Source: Raillietiella orientalis
Taxonomy: Eukaryota
DNA: 64,000 bases
Assembly: GCA_036172245.1 (NCBI GenBank)
Contig: JAYWIR010000040.1
Coordinates: 124,001 to 188,000, forward strand
Reading direction: 5' to 3'
Below are positions 1 through 9,810 of the stretch, one piece after another. The first letter of the stretch is position 1; each line of letters opens with the position of its first letter. The translations under genes were made by a program, and so were the position numbers. Under the pieces are notes generated by a model. The model was not told the DNA's origin. It worked only from the letters and a program-made list of their open reading frames with translations, and did no database searches.

Positions 1-803
1 TCTTGAATGGCAAAGCCCCGGAGGAATCCACGTAGATGCTCCGCAGCCTCCGGTTGGCTAAGCCAATCCGCCTGCATCCTCCAGCTTTGCAACGGAGGCA
101 CCCTGCCTGGCGGAAGAATCTCAAACTCCAACCTGTGGTGGTCAGAAAGCTCAGTCAACAATCTTCCTCTCCTACCCACACGCGAATGCAGGTTTTCATC
201 GAGGAAAACGTGATCGAGCGATCTTTCCATTCCAGGATCGCTGACCATCAAGTTGGCGGCGTGCACGGACGCGCACATCTCGATGGGCAGCGCGCGCTCC
301 CTCGGGCGGCTCCAATCGTCGGAGAGCAGGCGGACGTTGAAGTTTTTAGCGACGAGGTGCGCCACTTGGAAGCCGGAGTTGTTGAGCCACTGGCTCTGCA
401 CCTCACCAAAGAAAGCTACTCTTTCTTCGAGGTAGCGAGAGCCACTCGGCGCGTAGACGTTTGTAACGACGAGATCGATGGACTCGGACCACTTGATGAC
501 AAGCTGGCCTATCCGTCCGTTGTCATCGAAACGAACACTACGCACCGCTTTCGCCATTTTTCCTCTTACGAGGAACGCGACGCCGCACGTGTGTGCGCCG
601 CCGCACCGCCAATGTAGCGTTCCGCCTGCGCGCTCCTCGATTTCGGCTGCCTGGTCGTCGGAGATTACGTGAATCTCCTGCAGCAGCGCGAGGTCGAAGG
701 GGCGCAGGGCGTTGGCTACTAATCGCCTCTTCTCGTCGTTCTGCAGTCCGTTCACGTTCCAACACGTTACGGACAGACGACGAGAAGACGCGATTCCCCG
801 CAT
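1..803 (-). CDS. ORF2 of element C, N-terminal apurinic-like endonuclease (partial)
   Basis: Manual translation from ATG 803-801: MRGIASSRRLSVTCWNVNGL..LALLQEIH..CGVAFLV..TNVYAPS..HLVAKNFN..RSLDHVFL..LSDH..WRM. No stop before base 1, so it is absent from the ORF track. GDFN reads KNFN. Confidence 0.92.
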   Translation of the reverse strand, partial: MRGIASSRRLSVTCWNVNGLQNDEKRRLVANALRPFDLALLQEIHVISDDQAAEIEERAGGTLHWRCGGAHTCGVAFLVRGKMAKAVRSVRFDDNGRIGQLVIKWSESIDLVVTNVYAPSGSRYLEERVAFFGEVQSQWLNNSGFQVAHLVAKNFNVRLLSDDWSRPRERALPIEMCASVHAANLMVSDPGMERSLDHVFLDENLHSRVGRRGRLLTELSDHHRLEFEILPPGRVPPLQSWRMQADWLSQPEAAEHLRGFLRGFAIQ

Positions 804-2542
804 TACTGCTGGGAAGGTGGCGGCTTTTTGCTCGCTTTATCCGGCGAGCAGACGGCGAGCAGCACGACTGGCTGGAGGGGACGGTCGCCACCGTCCTCTG
901 TCGTGCTGCATGCATGTAATGCCTCCACGCCAGGCTTAACCCCGTTGGGTTTCGTGGAGACTTCGCGTTGCTTCGCGGCGAGCGTTACCTGGCTGCCTAC
1001 TTTTGATCGGCGCGCACACGCTTTCGAACGAGTTGTCCTCGTCTCGGTGATCGGAACGGCATCCATTTCGGAGTCCGACCGGCGCATGTTCGATCGGGTT
1101 TCGGCCTTCCGCGAAGCAGTGACAGGTTCTGCGGGATTGACAGCTGTCCTGTTTTCGTTTTCCGTCACCAGAGCATCGCTTTTGGTGACGGCTGCTTTCC
1201 CGGCGCGCGCGTTTTCAGCGTGCTCACGCGCACTTGCACGAGGGACCTTTCCTGAAGTCTTCTTTAGTTCATTACGGTTCCTCACTTCGCGTGGCGCCGT
1301 AAATGGAGATTGTGCTCCATGGCCATCTTTGAAGCCATCCGCGTCTTTGGACGGGAGCACTTTCGATGGCTCCGACACGCTCGTCATGGACGCTGCTTTC
1401 GGAAGGGCTTTTAATCCCTTCGTTGGCATGGCATCCGCGCCAGTCGAGAGCTTGCTCTCCGACTGCGACGGCGTGAGATTTTTCTCCGCTTTCGCGGTGT
1501 TGGATCGCGACGCGGATTTTTTTTTGCCGACTTTCGGAGTCGACACGGCACAACCCTTCTTACCCGATTTGGGCTTCTCAGCCACTGCAGGAGGTGAGGG
1601 AATGGATCTGACGTTACTGGAACTGTCCTTACCGCCGTTGTCCATTGGCGTCCCCGCCGGTTGCTCGAACTCCGAGTGAGCCGGGCGTGCTTGGGAAGGA
1701 CATCGATTGCGCCTAGGGGGACTCACCATTGCCCCGGATTCCCCGCACCCTTTCTTTTGCGGCTTCCCTGCCGCGAGAGGGGGCGCGCAGGCCTTCGCAT
1801 GCGAGGTTTCCTGCTGCTTTGGGGCGACATTCCGCTTCGCGTTTTTACGGAATTTCTGCCGTGGGGTCTCCAGGTTTTTCGCAGAGTTTTTCTTTATATC
1901 CGCGCTTTGTTTCTTAAGATGGAGCTCCGCGGCTGCCTTTTTTCGCAAAAGATCCGGGCAATTTTTCAAGTGGTGCCCGGATAGTTTGCAATAACGGCAT
2001 TTTTCCGAGGGGCATTTATCCAAACAATGCCCCTCCTTCCCGCATTGCTCGCACGTTCTTACTTTGCCTACGAACCACAGGTGAACGACCGTGTCTTTCA
2101 CCTGTAGTTTGGTGGGCAGCAGACGGCGGTCCGGCATTGTAAGCCGGACTCTAGCGACTCCGCTGTGTATGGACGAGAAGTCCTTGAGGTTGCTACCCAC
2201 CCTCCACAGCGCATGGACCGTGGCGAATTTCGCCAACGCGTTCCGAATATCAGTATCGGGGATTTCCGACTCGATGTCGAAAATCTCCACCACAAATGAG
2301 TCGTCCATGGCGGCCGGGAAGACCTTTTGGCCACGGATCGACAACGGGGTGCGCAGCAAGCGTTGCACAAGTGCAGCGTCTTTGCAACGCACCTTGAAAT
2401 AGCCCATGTCTTTTACGGGCATAATGGCGAGAAGGTCCTCCTCTCTCACGCCAACACGGGTCAGTTCATCGTTGAACTGATTCCCGTCGCGACGCCAAGA
2501 TGAAGCGGATGAAAGCACGGAGACGAGAGCGAAGAAAAACAC
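803..2542 (-). CDS. ORF1 of element C (RRM-like region, 2 CCHC knuckles, low-complexity basic tail)
   Basis: CEQCGKEGHCLDKC and CRYCKLSGHHLKNC. Aligns with ORF1 of elements A and B. The N-terminus looks shortened and the true start is uncertain (GTG 2542 or a later ATG). Confidence 0.88.
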   Translation of the reverse strand: MFFFALVSVLSSASSWRRDGNQFNDELTRVGVREEDLLAIMPVKDMGYFKVRCKDAALVQRLLRTPLSIRGQKVFPAAMDDSFVVEIFDIESEIPDTDIRNALAKFATVHALWRVGSNLKDFSSIHSGVARVRLTMPDRRLLPTKLQVKDTVVHLWFVGKVRTCEQCGKEGHCLDKCPSEKCRYCKLSGHHLKNCPDLLRKKAAAELHLKKQSADIKKNSAKNLETPRQKFRKNAKRNVAPKQQETSHAKACAPPLAAGKPQKKGCGESGAMVSPPRRNRCPSQARPAHSEFEQPAGTPMDNGGKDSSSNVRSIPSPPAVAEKPKSGKKGCAVSTPKVGKKKSASRSNTAKAEKNLTPSQSESKLSTGADAMPTKGLKALPKAASMTSVSEPSKVLPSKDADGFKDGHGAQSPFTAPREVRNRNELKKTSGKVPRASAREHAENARAGKAAVTKSDALVTENENRTAVNPAEPVTASRKAETRSNMRRSDSEMDAVPITETRTTRSKACARRSKVGSQVTLAAKQREVSTKPNGVKPGVEALHACSTTEDGGDRPLQPVVLLAVCSPDKASKKPPPSQQ

Positions 2543-2554
2543 GTCCGCACTCGA

Positions 2555-3021
2555 TTGAAATCTCCCGCTATCAGGTGATCCTTCCGCACGCTCGTGTTCG
2601 CCAGCTAGTCGCGCTTCAGGGATTCAAGCAGCCTGGTACGGTTGCTGTATCCCTTTTGACCGGTTGGGGCGTACACATTCGTGACGATGAGATCGATCGA
2701 GTCGGACCAGCCGACAGTCAGCTGATCGACCCGACCGTCGTCATCGAAGCGCACGCCCTTCACGGCAGCGTCGATGGCCGGCTTCACGAAGAACGCGACC
2801 CCGCAGGTGTTGCGGTTGCCGCATTGCCAGTACAGCCGACCCCCCGCGATCGTCTCGATCTCCTGGACGTCTGCCGCGGTGATCACGTGGATCTCCTGCA
2901 ACAGGGCCAGGTCGAACTCCCGCAGGGTGTCGGCTGTATCTCGCCTGTTACCGTCGTCCGGCAGCCCGTTGACATTCCAACAAGCCGCGCGAATCCGACG
3001 GCGACTGGCGAGCCCAGGTGT
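2555..3021 (-). pseudogene. ORF2 APE endonuclease of element B, nonsense-mutated and truncated
   Basis: RIRAACWNVNGL..LALLQEIH..CGVAFFV..TNVYAPTG..LKRD*LANTS..HLIAGDFN. The TAG at 2605-2607 aligns with TGG (W) in element C. Confidence 0.9.
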
Positions 3022-4772
3022 TACTCCTGGGAAGATGGCAGTGCGGCGTCCGCCACCTGCTGGGGCAAGACGCTAGGTGGAGCAGGGGGGTCAGGTGCTG
3101 AAGGCACCTGGTCCCCCTCCTCCATCGGTGCCGGCGCGTCGGCCGGATCACCCGCAGGTGGAGTCGCGCCTACCTGTTCGCTCTCCTCCATGGGGGCGGG
3201 CTGTTCAGGGTCGGCGCCTGCAGGGGGGACTTCACCCCCCTGTTCACCCTCCTCCATGGGGGTGGCCGCATCGACGGCTTCCGAGCGTGGGAATTCCTCC
3301 TCGGAATTTCCCACGCTGGCGACGGCTTCCGTCTTCTCCTCCTCGCTGGTGGAGGGGAGGCGCCTCCTGGGCTTCTGGGACTTGCGTCCCGACTTCCTGA
3401 AGGGTGCCTCCGAGGAGGAGGATGTGCTTCCGGCTCCCAGGTCTAGCTCACCTTTGGGGGCCTTCATCGCCGGAGCCGGCCTTCGCACGGCATTGCGCGA
3501 GGGGTTCTCACGCTCGGCCAGCGTGACCGCGAGCTCCTCCGCCGCCTGCGCGAACGCGGCGTCCGCGGCTTCGACCGCCGCTATGTCGCGCGGCTCACCC
3601 TCTGTGTAAACAGAGGGTTCGCCGTCGCGAGCGTCGGGCGCAGCGGAAACGGCAAGGGGAGGATCGACGCTCCGGGTGGCAATCTCGGGAACGACGATTC
3701 GTTCCAGTGCCACCGTGCACTCGCGCAAAGTTTTCGAGCGCGGACCGGGTTTTTTCGGCTTACCGGCCGTCTTGCGCTCTTTGCTCTCCGCGAGTGGGAG
3801 TTTCCTCGGCTTTCTGGCCTCTACAAGCTGCCTTCCCTCTTCGCCTTCCACCGTTTCACAAGGTTTATCCTCCGGCTTACGCGCCGGAGGTTGAGGTGTT
3901 AGCAGCTTGTGCTGGCCCTCTTCTACTTTAGGTCTAGAGACCTTTGAAGCACGTTTCCCCTGCGCTTTTTTCGCGGCAGGGGGAACCGGGGTGGGGCGTT
4001 TAGGGCACACGCGCCGAACGTGGCCCCGCTCCCCGCACAAATGGCATTGTATATTGGGACACCTTTTACGTAGGTGTCCCACGGTATCACAATTCCCGCA
4101 ATACCGGGGCTTCCCTACATACCACAGGTCGACGTTTTCTTGCGCCACCTGTAGTTTGTGGGGAAGCCCACAATTCTCCCGTACGGTGACCCGCGCTGCA
4201 GCCTGCCCACCAAAAAGGCTATCGAAGCCGTCGAAAATGGATGGTTTCGGCCACAGTGCGTGCACCTCACCGTACTTTCTCAATTCCTCACCAACCGCTG
4301 ACCGCGTCATGCGGCTGGTGATGCCAGTCATGTGGACCACCACGGAGCGGTCCATGGATACTGGCAGGATCTTGCTGCCGTCTACGTTCAGCGGCGCATG
4401 GATTAGGCGGTGAGCCAAGGTGACATCTTTGCAGACCACCTCGACCCGCTGCCCGCCGCTGAGGACGGAGAGGCCGTGCAGATCCTTCTCTGTAACATTC
4501 GCGTCCTTCAACGCTTTGCTGAAGGCGCGCGCTGTCCGGCCGTCGAACAAGTTGCCTACCTGGTAGACAAGCGATGGCTTGTACCCGGAGGCCTTGTATG
4601 CGGCCATTTCCGCCATGGCTTCTGCGCTGGGCGCGGCCAACATGGCGCTCCATGTCCTCGGCGTGGCTGGGGATGATTCCGGGGCGGCTGCCCCTGCTCC
4701 AGTAGGCTGTGGGGGCGAACTAGCCTCCCCCACTCCCACCTCCATCGCGGTGTCCTCTGGCGTCGTGGCCAT
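3021..4772 (-). CDS. ORF1 of element B (MATTPEDT...; RRM-like region plus 2 CCHC knuckles)
   Basis: C-terminal half of the 1102-aa ORF, with ATG at 4772. Knuckles CGNCDTVGHLRKRC and CHLCGERGHVRRVC. Confidence 0.88.
   Translation of the reverse strand: MATTPEDTAMEVGVGEASSPPQPTGAGAAAPESSPATPRTWSAMLAAPSAEAMAEMAAYKASGYKPSLVYQVGNLFDGRTARAFSKALKDANVTEKDLHGLSVLSGGQRVEVVCKDVTLAHRLIHAPLNVDGSKILPVSMDRSVVVHMTGITSRMTRSAVGEELRKYGEVHALWPKPSIFDGFDSLFGGQAAARVTVRENCGLPHKLQVAQENVDLWYVGKPRYCGNCDTVGHLRKRCPNIQCHLCGERGHVRRVCPKRPTPVPPAAKKAQGKRASKVSRPKVEEGQHKLLTPQPPARKPEDKPCETVEGEEGRQLVEARKPRKLPLAESKERKTAGKPKKPGPRSKTLRECTVALERIVVPEIATRSVDPPLAVSAAPDARDGEPSVYTEGEPRDIAAVEAADAAFAQAAEELAVTLAERENPSRNAVRRPAPAMKAPKGELDLGAGSTSSSSEAPFRKSGRKSQKPRRRLPSTSEEEKTEAVASVGNSEEEFPRSEAVDAATPMEEGEQGGEVPPAGADPEQPAPMEESEQVGATPPAGDPADAPAPMEEGDQVPSAPDPPAPPSVLPQQVADAALPSSQE
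3100..3265 (-). repeat. 66-bp (22-aa) coding tandem repeat, about 2.5 units, in ORF1 B tail
   Basis: PMEEGEQ / PMEESEQ / PMEEGDQ. The motif cyctcctccat recurs at about 3115, 3181 and 3247. Confidence 0.85.
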
Positions 4773-4851
4773 TGGACACCGACGATTTACACAAAACACC
4801 ACACAGAAGAAAAAGCGCTTTCCTACTACTCTTTCGGGAGTGAAGGAAAAA

Positions 4852-4887
4852 CACGTCCTCCAACTGGCCGCGGAGGGGGCTGGCTGC
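4852..4887 (-). promoter_or_regulatory. Putative internal Pol II promoter (Inr-like plus DPE) of element B
   Basis: GC-A(+1, 4885)-GCC with GGACGT at +28..+33. The +1 coincides with the point where A/B ORF1 homology breaks. Confidence 0.6.
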
Positions 4888-6167
4888 AACGAGGCTGCCA
4901 GCTCCTCCGCGGCTCGCGCGAAGGCTACGTCATCGATGGTGGTGTCGATGACGGACGTCGCCGCCGGCTCGCTCCCCTCGCTGTTCACTGTTTCAACAGA
5001 GGGGAGGTCGTCGGTAGCGGCGAGTTCTTTCCGGCAGCGTTCGGCAACATCGAGCACGCGTTCGACAACGACGCTGCACTCTTTAATTATCGCGCTACCC
5101 TGCTCTTTCTTCTTCTGTTGGTAGGCGATTTTCTTTTCCATCCTCCTCTCCTTCTTTGATTTTTTGGCTGGTGCCACTTGCCACTCAGTCTCCTGGCCGG
5201 CTCCCTCAACTTTTTCGGCGTTGGTCGCCGGGGTCTCGGGTGCGGCCTGGGTCTTGGGCGCGGGTGGCACAGCCTTCGCGGCAGCTTTCGCCGCCAGTCT
5301 TTTCTGCAGAAGCCGGGCGCGTTTTTTAAGGTTTCTCTTGGAAACCACCCGCACAGCTGCTTTTGGGCACACCTCCCTCGTGTGGCCCATTGTGCCGCAT
5401 ACTTGGCACTGCACATTGGGACACCTCTTTTTGAGGTGGCCCGACGTATTGCAGAAGCCACAGTATTTCGGCTTCCCCACATACCAGAGGTCGACGGTTT
5501 CGCCTTCGACCACCAGTTTGTGGGGAAGAGTGCAGCCCTCCCGAACGGTCACGCGCGCTGCAGTGAGGCCGTGTTGCAGCCCCGTGTAGTCCTCGAAAGG
5601 ACTAACTTTCGTCCACTGCGCGTGGACCGTTCCAAACTGTTCCAAAGCGGCGCGAACCTGTTCTTTGCGCATTCGCGCGGTCACGCCTAACAGGTGGACC
5701 ACCATGCTGTGGTCCGCCGTAGTGGGGAGAAGCCTGCGCGTCCCCATCACAACGGGGGTTTTAAGCAGTCGTTGGGCCAGCTCTGCATGTTTGCAGATGA
5801 CCTCAACGTACTGACCCCCGCTGCGGATGGTCATAGCGCTGAGCTCCTCCTCTTTCACATCGAGAGCGCGCATGCCCTTCGAGAAGGCGCGCGCGCTCTC
5901 TAAAGAATATAAATTGCCTACCTTGTAGAACAAAGAGGGGTTGTACCCCTCTACATAGGCCGACAATTCCGCCGTGGTTGTAGGCGATGGCGCCGACACA
6001 ACGGCGCTCCACGCCCGCGCTGCAGCGGGGATTGATTCTGTGGGGGCGGATGCCCCCACCTCCATCGCCTCTAGGGGCGACGTTGTTGCCGTCCCCTGGC
6101 TCTCTATCGCCTCTGGAGGCGGCGTTGCCGCTGCCTTCTGGCCATTCTTGGTAGTCGCGTCAGGCAT
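4887..6167 (-). CDS. ORF1 of element A, truncated and fused in frame to element B 5'UTR and ORF1
   Basis: MPDATT..; knuckles CGFCNTSGHLKKRC and CQVCGTMGHTREVC. Clear paralogue of ORF1 B (VDLWYVGKPKYCG vs VDLWYVGKPRYCG). Confidence 0.85.
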
Positions 6168-6278
6168 CGCTGCCTGATCGACCACCGAACCACACGACGC
6201 TTGCACTGGGGGAGACTTCCTGGCACAAGGAGCACCGAGAAAACACGTCCGCCCTAGAGCGCACAAGGCGATCAACTG
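4887..6278 (-). mobile_element. L1/Tx1-like element A (5' end and truncated ORF1)
   Basis: 5' Inr/DPE motif. ORF1 starts at ATG 6167 and is interrupted after AAEELAASL by element B. Confidence 0.88.
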
Positions 6279-6279
6279 C
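6244..6279 (-). promoter_or_regulatory. Putative internal Pol II promoter (Inr plus DPE) of element A
   Basis: GCAGTT with A(+1)=6277 and GGACGT at 6250-6245, exactly +28..+33, which is the canonical Inr-DPE spacing. Confidence 0.7.
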
Positions 6280-7163
6280 GTAAAGCAGGACCTTCTCCTC
6301 TCTTGGGATTTGGAGTCCTGCCAATGCACCTAGTTGCTTACTTGCGCTACTGCTGGTACCGTGCGTTATGCTGTAGTTGTTTCAGAGACTGTCACATGTA
6401 CGGCGTCCCTATACGGCTGGTCATAAGGCAAGGGGTCATCTTGAAATCTCTGGTATTCAGCAGTTCCTTTGAGCTGGTGATGTCGTTTTGTTTATTACGA
6501 CTTTCTCGTTGCATTTGTATTTTATATAGAGGTTATTTTTACAATATGTTTGTATAGTTCAATTTCAGAGTAGTTTGAATTGTCTTGGAATACACAGCTG
6601 TTGATGGTGGAACATCAAAAGAGTGTTAGTGTATTAAAATAGCACTTACAGGGTCGTTGGCAGCTAAATAGCTTGTGCTATCGGAGATGCGAAAGATGCG
6701 TCCATAAGGATGTCATCTTCTTGCAAATCTACACTGTGATGGGGAAGGACTACTGTTTATATTTGGGATATAGAGTAAGGCTGAGGTGTTTGGTGCATAT
6801 GCTCATGGCGAAGATTTCGTTGGAAGTTTCTTCTGGTTACGCAGAAGGTTTGAAGTATATGTCCCGGGAAAATTTCAAGATTTCCGTTTATAGATGCTTA
6901 AAGATCGCGGTAATTGTTTTTGCAGGGATTACGAGCAATTTTAGGAGCTTATTATGTTAGAGATCTCATTATCCGAGAGCACCAATTACAAATGCTTGGT
7001 TAATGATGCGCAAGTCTTGATTTCTGAGGGTGGTCTTGATCTCTGCGTATTTCAGGATTTTGTTTTGTTTTCTTTTGCAAGCTGTAGCGATCATATGCGA
7101 TTTTTAAATGAGATGACAACGTCAATTATAACTGCTGTAGACGTATTCTGTGAAAATATGAGG

Positions 7164-7327
7164 AAGCAAGAGTGAAGTTTAACACATCTACTCGTCGACA
7201 CGTTGTTCAAGATCCTTTGCCCTCAATGGCCCGTTACCCAAACGGATCACCGAGTAGATGTGTTAAACTTCACTCTTGCTTGGGTAACGGGCCATTGAGG
7301 GCAAAGGATCTTGATCAACGTGTCGAC
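7164..7327. repeat. Permuted inverted duplication (X-Y-spacer-X'-Y')
   Basis: 7164-7194 is the reverse complement of 7251-7281. 7194-7241 is the reverse complement of 7280-7327 (1 mismatch). Confidence 0.92.
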
Positions 7328-8400
7328 AACAACGTTATGTCGTTGGGTGATCATTGTCTCAAGATAAACGGGACAGTGACACAGTACATGCGCCAATGTT
7401 TCTTTTACATAACCACATCTTCGGCAATGCTCAGTTTCACTAATCGTTTTCCGATTTCCGTTGAGGAATAACAGGTTCAAACGGGCACATTGTATAAAAC
7501 ATAATGGAATGGAATCCATCACATGCAGACAGGAATGAAATGGATGCTTCGCGGAGGGCTACACATTCTATTATTCTACCTGGGTCTGGCTTGGTAAAAA
7601 GTGATAAGCGTTCTTTCTCTCTAAAGTGAGCACGTGTCCTTCGTGCCACTTGTCGCCACTGCGAAAAAAAGAGAATTCTAACGTTTTCATGTTCGGGGAA
7701 GGATAAAGAGAGAGTCACATTATTGTCATCAAAATTCCACGTTATGGGAAGGTGCTTCGTAGCTTCCCGTAATGTGAACCACTTTGTGAAGGGATCACCA
7801 GTTGGGCGGTCTAAGGAGGATGAACAGCATCCATTGAGTAACCGAATTAACAGAACCAAGTTCCGAGGTACGAGTCTTCCTTCGTATGGCCTCGGAAAGG
7901 GAGGCAAAAAGCGAGATCAGTCACATATGAATCCGGATACGCTGATAGCTGGAACGCAGATTCAGCGATGATTGTTTGTGCTTCTTTGAGAAGAAGCATT
8001 ATCCCGAGGCATCCACCACGAACAATTCCGTTCACACTTACAGTTGTTAAATTAAATGGAATTCGGGTGAAAAAGAGTGCGAATGGCTTGTTTTCGGCTT
8101 CGCCGATACAGGGATTGAACTAGTTTTGGTTAGGTAAGGCTAAAGGCATTGGAAGAGGATGTAGGCCTTGTGGAAGGGTTAAATGGGCGTATGCTGAACG
8201 TGGAAGTTATGGTATTCATAATTTTGCTGAGGGTATCTAGGGTACGTTGCCAAGTGTTATTGAACGTCGATTGTGTAAGAATGGTAGTGAGGATTGGAGT
8301 GTAAGAACTAAGGACGGATGTGAGGTGACATCTGTAGAAAAAGGTCGAGTCGGAGGTCATCTGCATTCTGAGTAGGTACGGAGAAAAAATAAGCAATCGA
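7247..8400 (-). mobile_element. Internally deleted RLE-type non-LTR retrotransposon remnant (NeSL/Utopia-like)
   Basis: LYRRSRKQAIR (~8100), FTKPDPGR, FIQCARLNLLFLNG, CRRCGYVKETLAHVLCHC..QRHN. No RT motifs were seen between these. Confidence 0.8.
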
Positions 8401-8599
8401 AAGCACCCATACCTTAGCTCACACCGCCCTAATTTATTCATATATTGTTTTCTTTCTTTCTTGTCCTCACGACTTTGATCACCAATCTGCTTGTCAGTAA
8501 ACCCGTTTATTGCACTCCATTTCTTTGTTTGCTTCGAGAGCTTTGTTCTTGAGTTGACTGTTTATTTGTTTCAAAGAAGGTCCCTGGAGCGACTTTCTC

Positions 8600-9810
8600 A
8601 TTCTGCATAGCCAGACTTTTCATTTCAAGTTATGTAAATCCCGGAAGACACTGAAAAGCAGAATCCTGGGTGTGCACATTGAATTCATGGAGGCCAAGGG
8701 AGCAGGCAGCGCCGCAAAACTCCGTACTTTCCTCCTGAATGGCAACCGAGAGTTGCTTCGATGCGGGCACCAACTGAGGCAAATGGTAGCCTTGGCTCAG
8801 AAGACAGGTAGATTTCCTGCCGCCCCGTCAACTGTGGCACCCGAAAACAGGAAACGGCTGAGGCGTGAGCGGAAAGAAAAGTCAGGAGTCCGCTGCAATC
8901 TCGATGCATGCGATTCTTGAACTGCAGTTCTTGCTGCTTACTGCAGGAAATCGAGGACTGCCCACAGAAGACAATCTGGGCATGGAACGCTTCACTTGCA
9001 GGCACACTGCACACCATGCGACAAAGTAGAAACTGCAATTTCCAGGAAACTCTGGAGACTTCGCATCTCGCCCTGCGAGATGGGAAGTCCCCAGAGAGTT
9101 AGCGGGAAAAAAGAATCAGCTGGAATGTTGGAAGGCGCATCCACTGAATGACACATGCAGCCCCGCCGTCCTCCCCAAAGGATTTAGTCGCTGGGCGAAA
9201 CTCCTGGACATTCCTCCTGACAAGGTAGAAATTTCCAAATTGTTTCTGGACAGCCCAACGCTTCCCCTGAAGCGGCAGAGCTCGGCACTGTAGTTACTGA
9301 GCTGGAGGATTTCTTGCAGAGCACAAGTTCACCAGTGGACGAGCGGGAATATGGCCTCAGACTGTACCAAGTGCGGGGAACAGGAATCCCTTCCACACCT
9401 GCCTATTGATTGTGTTACCCTCAGCTCATTACGTTCCTCAGCGACTCTATTAGCACTGGCGGACAATCCCAGAGACTTGTTTAAGCGCCATTTCGTGTGT
9501 GATGCCCTTTCACTTGCTGCAGCCCTAGCAGCTCTGTGCTGCCTTCGTGGGATTGTGATGGGCTGGAGCTACGCGAGAGGAGGACTGCGCGATAGGGATG
9601 CCATCCGCTTCTCCCTACGCTTCCTAAGGGCGGCAATATGATGGACCTATGTAGGACAAAAGCAGAAGGAACTTGCCTGCATCCTGGAAAGGATGCCGAG
9701 GATGGCCTCCAGCGAAATGTGATCCTTTTACTAATCCTTTAATTTTTTTAATATACAGTGTCTTTTTATGTTTTATTTTTCTTTTTGTTTGCCCTCTCCC
9801 CCTCCTCTGC
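8600..9810 (+). mobile_element. Decayed 3' part of Tx1/L1-like ORF2 with T-rich 3'UTR
   Basis: C-terminal Zn motif CTKCGEQESLPHLPIDC. Homologous to 54963-55304 (CAGCRDRKTFNHLPIEC). T-rich tract at 9740-9790. Confidence 0.75.

Larger units (their letters stand above)
1..2554 (-). mobile_element. L1/Tx1-like non-LTR retrotransposon, element C (5' part; continues beyond left window edge)
   Basis: Starts near GCGGACGTGTTTTTC (~2548). Carries a zinc-knuckle ORF1 followed by an APE-endonuclease ORF2 that is open to the window edge. Confidence 0.9.
2555..4886 (-). mobile_element. L1/Tx1-like element B (5' end, full ORF1, ORF2 interrupted just after GDFN)
   Basis: Has a 5' GGACGTGTTTTTC motif and complete ORF1. 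ORF2 endonuclease runs into the 5' end of element C. Confidence 0.9.

Noticed and set aside
36..5690. Long plus-strand ORFs (36-617, 828-1679, 2500-3609, 3907-4413 and others)
   Set aside because: They are antisense shadows of GC-rich retrotransposon ORFs and show no motifs of their own.
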